Part shown: positions 1-14,297 of the stretch, in pieces
Layout: every line of letters begins with the position of its first letter
Numbering within the stretch: position 1 is the first letter of the stretch
Origin: Styela clava
Taxonomy: Eukaryota
Length of the DNA: 64,000 bases
Assembly: GCF_964204865.1 (NCBI RefSeq)
Contig: NC_135251.1
Location: forward strand, 24,800,001-24,864,000
Direction: 5' to 3'
The notes under the pieces: model-generated
Databases searched by the model: none
Seen by the model: the letters and a program-made list of their open reading frames with translations, nothing else
What the model was told of the DNA's origin: nothing
Program-made: the position numbers and the translations under genes

Positions 1-156
1 CACAAAGTTCACAACTACGTTTGTGGAACGCTATTGACGGACATTGCAGGAACTATCGTATTAATTAGTGAAATATTAGGAATGTGCGCTTTCAAAATAT
101 ATATGTTTATATTGCTTCTGTCAAGATTTTATTTAAAATATTTTAAAATTATAAAG

Positions 157-1347
157 TGGTTCAACGGCAGAACAAGCGGTACACGATGTCATAAACGTTC
201 AGATCCCTGCCATAAAGAAAGAAATGTTGGAAGGAAACTTGACTGTTGATAATATTGATGTTTTCTGTGAGAAAGGAGTCTTTGATGTCGACCAATCTCG
301 ACGAATTTTAAAAGCTGGAATCGGAGCAGGATTGCTCGTGAATTTCCATGGTGATGAACTCAATCCGGTGAAAGCAGCTGAGGTGAGATTTTTAATGATT
401 AATTTTTTACTAGTTGTTCATATCGGTTATGGGAAAATTCGCCGCAGGAAATCTCGCCGCTGGAACGATATCCCTAATACACAGTAACTGCGATGAGGCT
501 TACGAATAATTTTACATTCAATGGTTGATTATAGGCAGCCGCGGTATCATTAAACACCCATGCTTATTGGAACGAAATTCTTTGCAGCAATAGCTTTGTG
601 ATGACATGTTTCAATATTAAAGCGTTTCAAATTCATATATCAGATGGGAGCGGAGCTGGGAGCGCATGCAATTAGTCATTTGGAAGAAATTTCAGACGAA
701 GGAATACGAGCAATGGCACTAGTAAAGTCAGTAGCTGTTCTGCTACCAACTACTGCTTATATATTACGGTAAAGTAACCTTTATTCAAATCAACAAATAT
801 ACTTACGCAAGTATGCTCCAGAAATGAGAAATTTTTATATTTTATGTTCAACAGACTCCCTCAGCCACCGGCACGAAAGATGATTGATCGTGGAGTGCCT
901 GTCGCTCTTGGATCGGATTTCAATCCAAATGCTTTTTGCATGAACATGGTATTTGTTGTAATTATTATATGCTTATGCAGCCTATTTGTGAGGCTGAAGT
1001 GACATTTACAGATATTCGATTTACAGCCTCTGGTTATGCACCTAGCCTGTGTTAACTTCCGCATGTCTATGACGGAAGCTCTTCATGCTGCAACCATAAA
1101 TGCTGCCGCCTCTCTCGGAAAATCGTCCTCTCATGGGTCATTAGAAGTAGGTAAAAGAGGGGACCTGCTTGTTTTGAAAGCTCCGAGGTAAGTTGCAACA
1201 TACATTTGCTTTTTTTCTTTCACGTAACCTCTTTTTGATACTTTTTCTAGATGGGAGCATTTAATTTATCAATTTGGAGAAGTAGGACATATTCTTATGT
1301 ATGTTGTTTGCAACGGAAAGATTGTTCACGAGGGACTCACTGATTGA
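157..1347 (+). CDS. AMDHD1: Imidazolonepropionase (amidohydrolase domain-containing 1), 3' five exons; 5' part lies outside the window
   Basis: Exons 157-382, 644-768, 855-948, 1027-1187 and 1251-1347 with GT-AG introns join in frame: ...VDNIDVFCEKGVF...FHGDEL...GAHAISHLEE...LLPTTAYILR...ALGSDFNPNAFC...ATINAA...GSLEVGKRGDL...WEHLIYQFG...TGA. These are typical HutI/AMDHD1 motifs. Confidence 0.95.
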
Positions 1348-2679
1348 CATATATATTTCTGTTTAACACTGTGTATAATGAATAATATAAGGTTACAGGA
1401 TGAAAACTTGTGTCGCCCCTATTCTTTGTGTACCAGTTGGAGAAACACGAGAATCCATCAGATCTCACATTTTATGTCACGTCAGAACTTGGTAGTATGC
1501 GTTTTCATACCATGAATGGGTCATTATGATTTTTGATTCCAAAATCACAACTGATTTGAATGTTCATAGTTACAGGGGCGAGGTATAGTCTAGAAAATAA
1601 GTGGTCCTCATGGATTTGCTACTGGTATTAGCATATTCTCTCAGTTGAAACGCAGTCAAACCCTAATTTTTCATTGATCTTATGTATATATAACACTGAC
1701 AGCATCCGTCGCATATCCGTTTTGAGCAGATAAGAAAGATACCATAAAGCGTTACGTTCCACTATCTTCACGTGTGAAGTTGATAATTATCATTCAATAC
1801 TGAGGAACTAAAATGCTTCGTTGTAACTATATTTTTGACTAGTTTTAAATCGTGGTTTTATGTTGACCTGCTCGAGTACTTATCTATTGCAATGAAGTCC
1901 GAATGAGGTATCTAATCGCGAGCGGTGCAATTTGAGTACAATACTGCAGAGACAAGAGCGGACGGAGGCGTATATACTAAACGATTTTTGTTTGATGGGC
2001 AAATAAGTGAGCCATTTGTAAATATGAGTCGCTCAGAAACGCTGGTGACTTGTCATATCAGGTGTGCGGGAACGACGTTATTATATTACAATTAGCAACC
2101 AAAATCCACATCTAGCTGGCTTGGGTTGGTTCAATAGGTTTTTGTAACATCCCACAGTACGGCGATATACGTATGCTGGTATATTCTGCTAGCGGGCCGT
2201 TGCATAAAGGTATTCGTTCGATAACAGAGAAAGTAATGCCTGTATGCTGCTTGCAAGATGATATATATATTCTCGGAATGAATAACCTTACAATAGGATA
2301 AATTAGGCTGAAGTATCTGCAATCTGATAGTCTTTGGGGACAATGGGTAAAAATAATGAATAGTGGATGGTGTTGCTAGCTTAAACGCCAGAAAGTGTTG
2401 ACAAAGCTACAACATGAGAACATGCAGTAAGGTTTTAAAAAGTAGGCAAAAAAATCATGTGCTAATTTGAGTAAATATTTTCTTAGTCTCGTAGTCAAGG
2501 TCATGGAGTAGAAGAAGGGTTATATCCACTTACGAAACATTTAAAAGTCGACCATGGATGAAAAAAATAGTAAACAGTTCGGCCATTATTGACTTATAAA
2601 TGCCATGACCGAATAAATCAAATAACACGTAAGAAATTTTTTTACAGAGCACTGGTATATACTATAATACATTGTGATA

Positions 2680-5600
2680 ATGATTGGGGAGGGAAGACTG
2701 CCGTGTGTTTTTTTCATCACAATCTCGCTGTCAGCACTTGGGAATGCTGAGCCAACTGTTGAGAATCATCATAAACTTCTACTGCTTTCAATCGACGCTT
2801 TAAGGTATAGATAAATTTAGCAAGCAATACAGTAAATTTGGTAAGTAGAAACTGTCAAATTCAAGTTCAATATTGACAAAAACTTAAAACATAATTTCCC
2901 ACAATTACATTCTTCAGTGTTTTTAAAAAATATTCTAAGGTCACGTTATCCAAAGTTTTCATCAATACAAATGTGTGTGTTATTTTAACAATACAGCTGA
3001 ACCGTTTTGTGAAATATATACCGGTATTTCAAGTTGTAAATATATATTTTAATAAAGTTATTCAGTTTCATACCGACTGTGTATAAACGAATTTGATTAT
3101 ATTATAGAATATATGTGTTATAGGTGGGATTATTTCGACCACATTAAAGACATGCCAGGCTTCAAATATCTTCGCGAAAATGGGATAAGAGCAGAGTATG
3201 TGAAGCCAGCGTTTCCATCCCATACATCTCCGACACATACAACAATGGCTACAGGTTAGATATAAGCGGATCATTCTAAGACCAAACAATTGGTCTTATG
3301 GTTACAGCACGTAGTGTATGTCAGATAACCATCTAATTCACCATTATAAACATTCGTTTGTTAATGCATACTTAGCCTGGATTGACAGGTGTACCCGAGT
3401 ATGGATTCAAGATGAACTGGTGTCGCAATCATTAGAATCAAACGATGCCATGTTTAAATATTTAAAATCATATAACACTTAAATATTCAACTAAGGACTC
3501 TACTCCGAAAGTCATGGCATCGTTCATAACTGTTTCTATGATCTGGAAAAAAATACAACTGGCCAAACTGATTTTCATGGAGGACTTGCAATTAACGATT
3601 GGTGGGACAACGGACAAGAACCAATTTGGATTACAGCTTCATCTCAAGTAAATGAGCTTACATTTGAAATTTCTTATAGCTTATTCAACTAAGTTACATT
3701 CTTTGTTGGTACTGGTACTGGAGTGACATTTTTAAATTGTAAATTTTTGGCTTTAGGTTAGAATTAAAATATGTACCACGGAAGTTTTTATCATATTTTA
3801 TTTCTTAGATAGATAATAAAAGATTGGGTATAAATATTATATTTACTTGTTCATTATTCCACAAGGGATTGAAAAGTGGCGGTTACCTGTACCCGGGAAG
3901 CAATGCAACAATTGGCGGGAGAAGTGCCACAAGATCCATTCTTCAGAAAAAGACTACGAAATTTGACGAAAAGATATGGCAAAAACGGATAGATGACGTC
4001 ATGAAATGGTTCACTGAAGATGACTTCGATTTTGTCGCTTTATACTTTGAACAGGTTATAAAATTCCTAATACCCTACTATGAAAATAAGGGTTTCCAGC
4101 ACCAAGGTCAATTTTTATTATCCTTTATTTTAGCCTGATGCATTCGGTCACAAATTCGGTCCTGACTCAGATGAAGTTCTGAAGATGATCTTACCTGCTA
4201 TTGACAGAACGTTACAGCATCTTTTCAAGCAAGTCCAGAACTACGGCCTCACAGAAAATTTGAACATGATCATTGCAAGGTATTTGTGTCGAACGACAAA
4301 TAATGAACTAGATTCGCGCTAGCTAGACATTATTCAATTAATTCATTTGCAGTGATCATGGAATGACAAATATTAAGCTGGACATACCGGATGATGAAGT
4401 TATTGTTATTTCAAAATATATTGAACCAAGTTGGGTAACATTTCAATTTGGTTACGGACCTTTGGGACTTGTTGAGCCGGTAACAGAACATAAAACGAAT
4501 GTTTATGAAGCATTGAAGGGTATGGAAAGACAATCTTCATATATTTAACCCGGACTATACGTTGAAATTAATTAATGACATGTGATTCGGATCTTAATTA
4601 TTGATATACCGGAACTATTGTGAGATCTTTACGCGTATTGCCAATATTTCAACTATCGGTCATATTAAGTTCGATTTTTTTTATTGTTAAGTCGAACGTT
4701 TTTGTACTTCGGTGTCAAACGAAATTCAGATATCTCTAAAAAACAGGACTTAGAGTCGAAAATATTCGACTAAAACGAGCAAAGGTGAAGTGTTTATCAA
4801 TATGTTACTGGTTTTGCTGAAAATATTCGGACCACTATAAATGTGATTACATAAACTGATAACAACATGTCTGTGGTTTACGTGATAGAACTAGAACGCT
4901 AAATTCTGTTTGTTTTTCTCAGCTGCCAACACTCACATGGACGTTTATTATAAAGAAGATATTCCAGAGAGATTTCATTACAAAAACAATCCTCGTGTAC
5001 CTTCTATCTTTATTTTAGCCCATCCAGGACACCGTGTTTATGATGTAAGTATTTGTTGCAAACTAATGAAATCTCAATAATATCCTGGGCGGCCTTAAAA
5101 TGATCTATTTTCCAGAAATTTCCAGAGTCTCACGCCTATAAAGGAGATCATGGCTACGATAATGACCTGGAGAAGATGAGAGCATCCTACTATAGCATAG
5201 GACCGTCGTTCAAAGTAAGCAGCAATATGTTTTCTATAAGCAGAGTGATGATCCTAAATGAAGTAGCATTTACAAAGTTTAGAAATATCAATTTTGATAT
5301 CATTTGGTTGGAACATTTATTACCTTCCAATCGAGTGTAGCGAGATAGCAACGAAAGAATGTACATGTTATTCCAAGTATTTCCCACTAAACATTGCTAC
5401 CTCACCAGTAAATCAGAAATAATCTTCGGAATCTTCATATTCCACAGGATACTATTATCATATGAGAAAATTGGTACTCCCGAAATATGTGAACCACGAT
5501 GGCGGACACTGGAACGTAGTATGTATACCAGGTTAGGGTTAGGCAATAATTTCAGGTACAAATTCTACGGGAGTCACTTGGCTAGTCCCCGAACTCGCGA

Positions 5601-6297
5601 TAGAGCTAAGATAAGGTAAATTTTAAGAAGATAAAGGCCTTACCCTAACCTGGTACACAGACTACGTTCCGGTGCCCGCCATCTTGGTTCACATACTTCG
5701 GGAGTACCAGAAAATTATCAGACTGCTTGCCACCACATGGTGGTTCACTTGTTCCCCGCTTCCACCATTTTAAACTTCTGGTATTATTAAAATGCTCAAT
5801 TGTTATTATACCCAATCTAAACAGGTAGCCAAAAGACAAGTCTTAATTTACCACTGGAGCACATTACTCCGCCGGGATAAATGATGAAGATTAAAGATTT
5901 TTCTGGCAAAAAAAATGATTTGATCTCAATCAAAACTCAGAACGCCCAATCTTAAGTAATCACTGTAAAGCATCTCATTTCATTGTAAGCTGTTTCGTTT
6001 CACGTACCCAAGCAAAAACATGTTTTTATAAATCCGTTGACATTATTATAATCTTACCATACATTTATTAAACAGAAAGGAATAACGGTCGAAGGATTTG
6101 AATCAGTCAACATATATCCTCTCATGTGCCATCTTCTTGGTTTGGAACCTGCACCAAACAATGGTTCGCTTGATGTTTTGTTTACTACTTTGAGAGAGAT
6201 CGAAAATGAATCCGAAAACGAACAAACAATGTATTTTATACTTTCTACTACGTCTTTTGGGCTCGTTCTTACTTTTTTCGTAAGACAAATGTCTTAG
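2680..6297 (+). CDS. ENPP7: Ectonucleotide pyrophosphatase/phosphodiesterase, ENPP7 (alkaline sphingomyelinase)-like, about 450 aa, 9 exons
   Basis: Exons 2680-2804, 3124-3254, 3496-3647, 3866-4054, 4134-4279, 4353-4519, 4923-5044, 5116-5214 and 6076-6297 are phase-consistent (1353 nt). Signal peptide, KLLLLSIDALRWDY, catalytic FPSHTSPTH (ENPP7-type TSPxH), WWDNGQEPIWIT, LYFEQPDAFGH, SDHGM, GDHGYDN, hydrophobic GPI-type C-terminus. The subfamily call is by motif memory. Confidence 0.88.
5473..5708. mobile_element. Merlin-like MITE with symmetric ends in the last ENPP7-like intron
   Basis: About 70-bp TIRs GGTACTCCCGAA...TTCGGGAGTACC, perfect 8-bp TSD AGAAAATT (5465-5472 / 5709-5716), internal GGTTAGGGTTAGG. 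Confidence 0.85.
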
Positions 6298-8940
6298 TAA
6301 TGAAGTTAACAAAATTATTTGCAGGAAAAACCAGTGACTGGTTTTTTATTCAAATAATAATTGTACATTGATCATCATTTTATATGTAAATAATAGTATA
6401 TAAGAATAATCAATAGGGTGTCCGCAAGGATGGGCGCATATAATATTAGAAATTTTAGCATGCAATTAAAACTAATATTATTTTCATAAATGCTTTCCCA
6501 TAATTAGCATGAACTCGATGTAATAAATTTACATTGTCGTCAATTTTGTTATATATATTCACTTTTTATTCGTTGAATCAAAGTCATTAAATGGAAATGG
6601 AAATTGTTTAGCATTGCGTGGGTATAGAGACAAACATCTAAAAAGGAAAATAAAAACCTACCAACAAGGATTAATGTTTTTCAGCCTATAACTCCAAGCG
6701 GTGGCAATCATATTTTGTTATTGTATGCTTTGGTATAAAAATATTTTACTGATAACTCATTATTCATTTGTCACTACGCACAACAAAATATTTCACCTGG
6801 GTGTATCTTGACCCATCACGGGCTCTTCGTGATTCGATTGCAACGAAACGTTACCAAAAATGAATGGTCAAATATATATATTTTACAATGGAGACTTCAA
6901 TGGATAGCTTACTCTTGTGGATATATACAGCTAGATACAGATTACAGCGCCAACGTGTAGGTGGTTCAATTTTAAATATTCTTCCGGAAGCCTATACCAA
7001 CTTTAATGTAGCGTCCATGCTTGATAACGCGTGTAACTGTATTTGAATAATGAGTAACTTCATACGGCATATACGGTTATATAGATAGACGAACACCGCC
7101 ACACTTAATTTTGAAAGAATTCCATGTAGAGTGATGCCAAGTGCATCAACTAATTTGCGCTCACAATAATGGCATGCATTTCAAAGCTTTGTAAATATTA
7201 TTCTGCCTCTATGTTTGATCTCATGATTCTGCCTGGGACTGATCTCAGAGCAAAGTTACGGACGACTGCTAAAATGTCAACAGCTGCTCAGACTACAATG
7301 AATCACAGGGCAGAATTGCTCGTTAGTAAATACAGATTGACGCGAGACCCAATACGATGACGACAACAGCTATGAGATAATAAATTACACATAAGTTAGC
7401 TAAGTTCTTGGAAATAAATACTGGGCATTGAAATTATAGCCAAAATCATTTTCAATTATAAATTTCATCTGCTGCTAATAGAAAATCTTCGATTCGAGTA
7501 TTTGGCGTGTAGGCCGTAGCGCTGATATATAAGGGTTTCACATGCAAATTCCTGAAATATCAAATACAATTTAAACTAATTTAGCTGTTCAAAACAGCAC
7601 CATTGCATACATTAAATAAATACATAAGTACATTAGAAATTGAAAACAAATATCGAAACACTTGATTCTAGAAAATGTAAAATAAACATTTTTAATCAAG
7701 TTTTCATCTTGGCTGACTACTATTTCCAAAAAAGAATATGACAAATATTACATCAAATTGAGTAATCCTACTAAAATCTTTGATAAACCACGCCAACAAG
7801 TAACACTGTCAATCTCATCGGTGTTAAAACTGTGGAGGAAGGTATCAGGCAGTGAAAAGAATTCGAAGTCCGAACAATAAGAAAGACATGATGCGTGACA
7901 TGAGTAATCAGATTGAAAAATATCATGAACATTTCTACATCACTTCCGGGTTGACTGCCTCACGACTACTAGCCGATCAGATAAATATCTTGTGCAGTGG
8001 TAAGTATTAAGCAACGAGAATATGAACTGCAATCTACATAAAAGAGTCAAGTGATAGATTTTCGTTATCTTTGTCGCGAGTTTGTAAAATTAATTAAATG
8101 CGCGTAGGAAAGTAAAATGTATTTTGATCGGAAGTCCAGTTGTCTAACGTCTATCGAACCTAATCAGTGTTAGCAGCAAGACAAGCGTTAGGTCCAACGC
8201 TTATTTCGCGCAATGACAATGTGAAACTGGTACTACTGCCGTACTGTAACGCGAGGTCTATCCCACAATATCATGAAATCCTACTGAAGCTTGTGCTAAT
8301 GCGTGCGGTTTACATGTTAAATTCAGACGCATTCCACTAATCATCGCAATCATTACTAATCACGTATTTGTTTTTATCTAAACAGCAGTCTAGTATTGGT
8401 GGCACTTTGTAGGCCATCAGAACTGAAACTGAAGCAAGAGTTTCCGTGAAACCTTTTAAAGGTGTAGGAAAATGAGGGCTGTCACCCATAGAACGTGTGG
8501 AATTTTGAACAGGCAATCCTGAACTTAAGATAGAAGATTTGATAGATCTTTTGTACAGGTTGTCTCGCTTGTCACGACAGAGCAAATGTATTTTAGCATG
8601 TGGCGGTCAATGTTCAGTTTATTTCCGTCGGGGAATATGGAAGCATCATCTTTAAGGTGATTCCGGTAGGCAATATTGCTTCAATGTGAATTTGATATCT
8701 GGAATACTCAGTTGCCATTAATCAACCATTATAGTCATTGATGAATTCACAAAACAAAACAGCGTTTTTATCCTTCTGTTGAAGGTGATTTTTCTATCCT
8801 GCATGCTTAGTTTAGCCTACTTGTGGAGTTGAAGGAATCTAAAATGTATGCTGAATTTGAACTGATGTTTGTTTTTCAGTTTTCATTAGTTATGTACTTG
8901 GTTTAGGTTTTTTCTCTATTGAATTTTCATTTATGTGAAG

Positions 8941-11261
8941 ATGGCAAAAGAAGGTGTCACTAAATGCGAAGGTAAGCGTTATAATTATTACAAAAGTAAG
9001 CGTCGCACGTTGTTGAAATATCGTCCAAAATTACTGTCGCAACAAAATCATTTCCAACATTAATTGGTGCAACAAAATCATTGCATCAGGATTCAAAAAT
9101 TGCTATGTTAAGCATACATTTGTTAGAATAGGCCGCGTAACAACATAGTAAGCTTATTAGCAAAGCTCACATATTAATGATCTTTGATAACCGAATTATC
9201 ATGCTAAAGCAGAATTGATCAATCAGACGTGATTTAGTTTTATAATAAACTTTTAAACGGTTATGTTTTTGGTTTGCATACGTCATTAGCGTGCTGTGAC
9301 ACTGCATTTTTACATACGGTATTTTGTATTAACAATATTTCGAGAACCTTCGGCTTGCTAGCAATCCACCTAGGAATAAGAGCAGTGATACGGATTGTTT
9401 TTCTAATTGCAAGATCATTAAAATTATGTATCGCACGTGGATTGAGATCAATTAATAATAATAATAAATGTAACAAGGTTGGGATAATATCCATGAATGT
9501 CCCGAAAGAAATCGTTCTTTTACTTATTCCAGCTCAAATACTTTTTATCAAGTCCATGCTTCCGAAAACAAATAACTAGTTAATCCCATACCCGACATGG
9601 AATGGTAACCGGACGAGAGGCTATGGTTCACCATATGGTTAATCCGTCATATCGGCTTTCCTCTCCCCCAGGATAAATATGTAAATCCTAATCATAACGA
9701 GAATACCATTAATTGGACAAGACTTCGAAACATGGCCTGTGAAAATTCACGCGCCTTTGACAGCTGGTACATGACAATATAAATTCTTGTATTATTTGTT
9801 TCAGTTCTTTCCTTTATCCTGAGCGGAATTCTCATTATCGGAGGAATAGCTTTGCTGGTTTCTCGTTTCCCACAGAAGTTTGCAGGATGGCAGATTCAAG
9901 ATCAGCTCATCATTTCTCCGAATTCGTCAATAGTAAATGCCTGGGAGAATCCTGAAGTACCGTGTTACATGAAATTCTACGTCTATAATGTTACCAACGG
10001 AAAAGAATTCATGAACGGTGAAAAACCTATTTTGGAAGAACATGGCCCTTACACCTACCGCATGGTATCGCCTCGTTTTGATATAAAATTTTATGTGAAT
10101 GATACAGTGTCTTTTCGAAGTAACCATACGTTATATTTTGAACCCGGCATGTCGAATGGCTCCGAAGATGACGTACTATTCCATATTAATCTTCCAATAG
10201 TGAAAGTAAGCGAGTCGGTACAGTCATCATCCATATCTCCGCTTTTGAGGCAATTCAAAGTTCCTGACAAACTCGTAAAGCTCGTAGGAAAAGAAGACCT
10301 CATAGTAGCACACACGGTGAAGGAGATCATCTTTGGTTACGACGAGCCAATGATGAAATTGGCCAGTAATATATTAGCCTGGTTCGGTAAAGATCTCGAC
10401 CCTACTTTCGGTCCTTTTCATGAATTTAACAACACTGACGACGGACTATTTTTAGTGGGTACAGGTAGAAAAAACTTCTCCACTTTCAACGTGATTGACC
10501 GATGGAACGGGAAAAAATTGCTTTCGTATTGGACGACCAAATATGCAAACATGATAAATGGAACAGACGGTTCATTTTTACGACCAAATGTTAAACGGAA
10601 CCAGACCAGATATACATACTTACCGCAAATGCAACGAGCCGCAAAGTTGGAATATGAACAGGACACAACTGTCAAAAGTGTTCGAACTTATAGATATCAT
10701 TTTGCGAACGACTTATTGGGTAACATTACCGAACAGCCAGACAACGCTGGATTTTGCGTCCCAGAGGGCAATTGTTTTGATTCCGGCGTTTTGAACGTTG
10801 GAAGAGGCGATGCGCCAATATTTCTGTCTCTTCCTCATTTTTATTTGGGGTCGGAAAACTTACAAAATGGAGTCGTAGGGCTATCACCAAACAAGACATT
10901 GCACGACTCCTTCTTTCACACCGAACCGCTCACTGGAGCCGTAATGCGTTCGCAGGAGAGGTTGCAAATCAATGCTCACGTTACGAAGTCGGATTATTTT
11001 GAACAACTGAGACAAGTTCAACCTGTGTTTTTTCCATATTTTTGGATTTCCGCAGAAGAATTGGTCAATGATGACATCGCCCTGAATCTGCTACATGCTA
11101 TGAAAGTTGTCGATTTTGCTTGCTACCTGGGTTACATAATAATATTTATTGGACTTGTCATTCTGGGAGCAACATTGGCTAAGTTGTACGTGCGACGTAG
11201 GTCTACGTTATCCCGCGATGAAGAACCGCTCATTTCCGATGATCATGCCGAAAACGCTTAG
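8941..11261 (+). CDS. SCARB2: CD36-family scavenger receptor class B, LIMP-2/SCARB2-like, about 495 aa, 2 coding exons
   Basis: Exon 8941-8971 (MAKEGVTKCE, donor GTAAGC) splices in phase to 9805-11261. N-terminal TM; FYVYNVTN...E.GPYTY; INGTDG; SLPHFY; EPLTG; C-terminal TM; cytosolic DEEPLI acidic dileucine motif like that of LIMP-2. Confidence 0.87.
9567..9690 (+). repeat. 3' fragment of a SINE-like dispersed repeat
   Basis: AAACAAATAACTAG..ATCCCATACC..GGTAACCGGACGAGA..CCTCTCCC..ATAAATAT..ATCCTA recurs at about 51580-51717. Confidence 0.6.
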
Positions 11262-11659
11262 CTTTGTTTTTTAATAATTTGTGTTGAGTATCTTTGAACA
11301 CGTTTTGCATCAATTTATCATTTTCTCCGAAATGAAAATATATACCTATTGAACCTTCGAGTACTATCTTGCTTCACCAGCGATAAGTGTCAGAATTTTT
11401 CTTGTTACAATAGTTCAATGATTTGCCAAGGAAAGGGTCAGTGATATATATACAAGTAGTAGGGCCTGGATTTTTCGAAACATTGGTGTTTCGAAGTCTA
11501 AATGAAATTAAAACATGGCAACGTTACCACATGTCGAATTCAGTGTATAATACTCGTGATGCGAGTTAAGCTTTACACAAAGGTTAGTGCTTGATGACAA
11601 AACAGTGACCAAATTAAGCTCGAATAATACGAATACAGATTTTACACGCTTCCATAATA

Positions 11660-11880
11660 GTTAAGTCACCATTTCCTTCAAAAACACAAGGGTTTCTATC
11701 TGTTTGCCTGTTAGGCTAGACCTCAATCTTTAGCAGTATGGCTTGGAATCGAGGGCGTTCAGGTAACTGGAACTGGCAGGAAATTTTTAATGGCAAGCTG
11801 TGACAAATTAGGAAACATTTTAATAAAATCGCGACATCAAGTACGTATATCAATATTAGTAGCGCCCCACCTCCACTCTG
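11660..11880 (-). pseudogene. hAT transposase C-terminal dimerization-domain remnant
   Basis: Minus strand reads MFPNLSQLAIKNFLPVPVT*TPS...RSSLTGKQIETLVFLK, resembling the hATC pattern FP.L..LA...L..P.TS...ER.FS....R..L....E.L.FLK.N. A second copy lies at about 19076-19300. Confidence 0.7.
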
Positions 11881-12216
11881 AATGACAATTTTGGATTACA
11901 GATGTCAATTCATGGTTCGTTGTGATATTATACATGAGATGCAGTGCAGTGTAGCTCTTTTCGTGGCCATAATTTAGTGTTTGTATGTGTAGATTGAGAA
12001 TTGGGAGATAGGGCCAGCACAAGGCATCACGGAGTTCGATTAGCTCATTCCGGCGGTACCAACAACAATTATAGCAGATCATAATAAATGACGTTAATTA
12101 ATATCCCATAGTAGATATGGTTGCATTTTCTATATAAAAGTACATTGCAACAAATCAGTTTATATTTTCGTTTATTCATTTAATTGTGTTATTCATTGCC
12201 ATGTCGATCCATCGTA

Positions 12217-13018
12217 ATATCGTCACGCTAATAACCGAATTTTCTTATAAAATAGGTATTTATGTAATGCTGCGCACCTGTCTGTTAACTCAGATTTTAT
12301 TTTAAGAATTCCGAAACCCATAAAAATGGAGATTTAGTATGACATGAACATTTGTGAGATTGTTTCGTCATAATGAATTATTATTGTTACCGCAGGACTA
12401 TTGTGACGTCACAAAGGCAAAATAACCCCGGCGAAGTATTTTCGAATTTTTGCATCTCGGATTCTAGCTTAGCGCGTATTAATTTGAATTTATACTACAG
12501 TATAGGAAGGCGTGCACTTGCGATATTCACTGCCCGAGTCCAATTCATCTTGGTTGCATTTTATATTGGGTGCATTGCTGTTTAATTCTTTATATTTAAT
12601 CTTAGTCTTATTTCGATGGGTGTGCAGAACGTGTTATATTGATGAAATATATATTTTTAAACATAAAAAATAATGTAATTGAAACTGATTAGCTATTTTG
12701 GGGATTAGACATTGTAGATAATGAGAATTACATTCGTTTTTGGAATGTTTAGTTTTCAGGACTGGTGCATATAGTAAAGTTGCAAAATTGCGTATGTCCC
12801 CAAGTCATAGACACATTTCTGCCTAAGTCACAGTGCGCCATTATGACGTCACTTAACTGTGTCATACAAATTAACTTAAATCCGGCTACGACCAAAAAAT
12901 TGAACCATGGCAAATTATTGACTCTCAATGGCATAACAATATCATTAGGAAGTTTTTTACGTTTTTCTCAAAACTGCTGAAAATGACTTACGCAATTCGG
13001 TTATTAGCGTGACGATAT
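12217..13018. mobile_element. MITE with about 25-bp TIRs inserted in an (AT)n tract, present only in copy A
   Basis: ATATCGTCACGCTAATAACCGAATT ... AATTCGGTTATTAGCGTGACGATAT. The empty site CTATCGTAATATATATATGTCGTG is seen at about 14501 and 19621. Confidence 0.85.
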
Positions 13019-14297
13019 ATATATATATGTCGTGACGCTAATGCTTTTAAAAAGTTTCAATCAACATTCTCACATTTGCGTACACGAGTCAATTTTACGA
13101 TGGTTTGCTCGGTTGCCTACTTAGCCCAATAACTTCTTCTTCTCAATTCATCCTTTTTTACGATCCAAACCGATTCATTGTAAGGATGAAACCTAAAATG
13201 AGGTCAACGCTCCCAGAACAATAGGGAAGTCGAGTTAAAATGTAAATCAATGAATATCCCGCAGTTCAGTTGGGAGTAATAAAAAAGGAAATTAAACAAT
13301 TTCATCCCGGTTTTTCTGCTGAACTATCACAACAAATAGCGCACGAATGACAGCAAATGTCAACTCAATCAAACCCCTTGTCGTTCTGTTAAATGACTAA
13401 TAATTGTTTAATGTACTTCTCAATTGTTCTTCACTAAACTGCGGGATATTTAATTGACTTTACTTCTCTATTTGTATTGGAGTGTCCATAATACTCTTTC
13501 TCTCTATCGGGAACATTTACCAATGTATAATCATTATATATATATGTGCATTGTATCGCTTATCTTGTCATACTGTACTTGGATTATGTAGGTCTGAAGA
13601 AATCTGGCACCGGTCAGATGAAACAGAAGTACAGACGTTTCAGAGATACATTAGTGTTAGTGTGCAGCAATACTCTTGAATCGAATAGAACTGGGAGTAC
13701 CTCTTTTAAGCGCCAGCCTAAATAGACATATGCGCTAAAATAATCATAAGATGTGTTACATGCAATATAAAAAAAATTAAGTTTTGTTTCGAATAAATTA
13801 AATGAAGGATGTCTGCAAAATGACAATGGCAGTTGCAGCGTAAAGGTCTAAAAAGCACGTTAAATAAGACATTTCCTGGTGTTTACGCTGAGGCGAGATT
13901 GAGGAATATCATGTCACTATATGAAGAGTCCTGGCATTTCGAAGTAATGCTTTGTTTCAACGATCTTTTCAAAGCTCTTTACTGTACAAATTGTCAATAA
14001 CAGTAATTCTTGCGAGCATGCTCCTGTGTGGTCACTTTTCAAATTCGAAGAATGAATTAAGCTGTAATTACTTATACCGGTATTAGTAGGAGGAGGATGT
14101 TGAACAATGTTTCTAGGAAATATTTAATGATCAGTTTTCGTTTACTGAGAAAGGCAAGCTGAATATTCAGATCTCAAAACTTTGTTGCATTTTTTTACAG
14201 TATATGTCACCGCACTCATCTTACCTTTTTTTATTTATATTTTCATTATAAATAATTTTAGAAATTCACTTGAAATTTTTAAAATACTCTGTTAACA

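Noticed and set aside
6780-7560. Coding-looking stretches between the ENPP7-like and SCARB2-like genes
   Set aside because: Multiple stops in every frame, no recognisable motif and no second copy to test codon bias.
8380-8720. NPELKIEDLIDLLYRLSRL segment vaguely like a death-domain C-terminus
   Set aside because: Too short and interrupted by stops; cannot be supported without a profile search.
9261-9579. Overlapping 77-aa and 101-aa ORFs
   Set aside because: They lie in the SCARB2-like intron, have low-information composition and no motifs.
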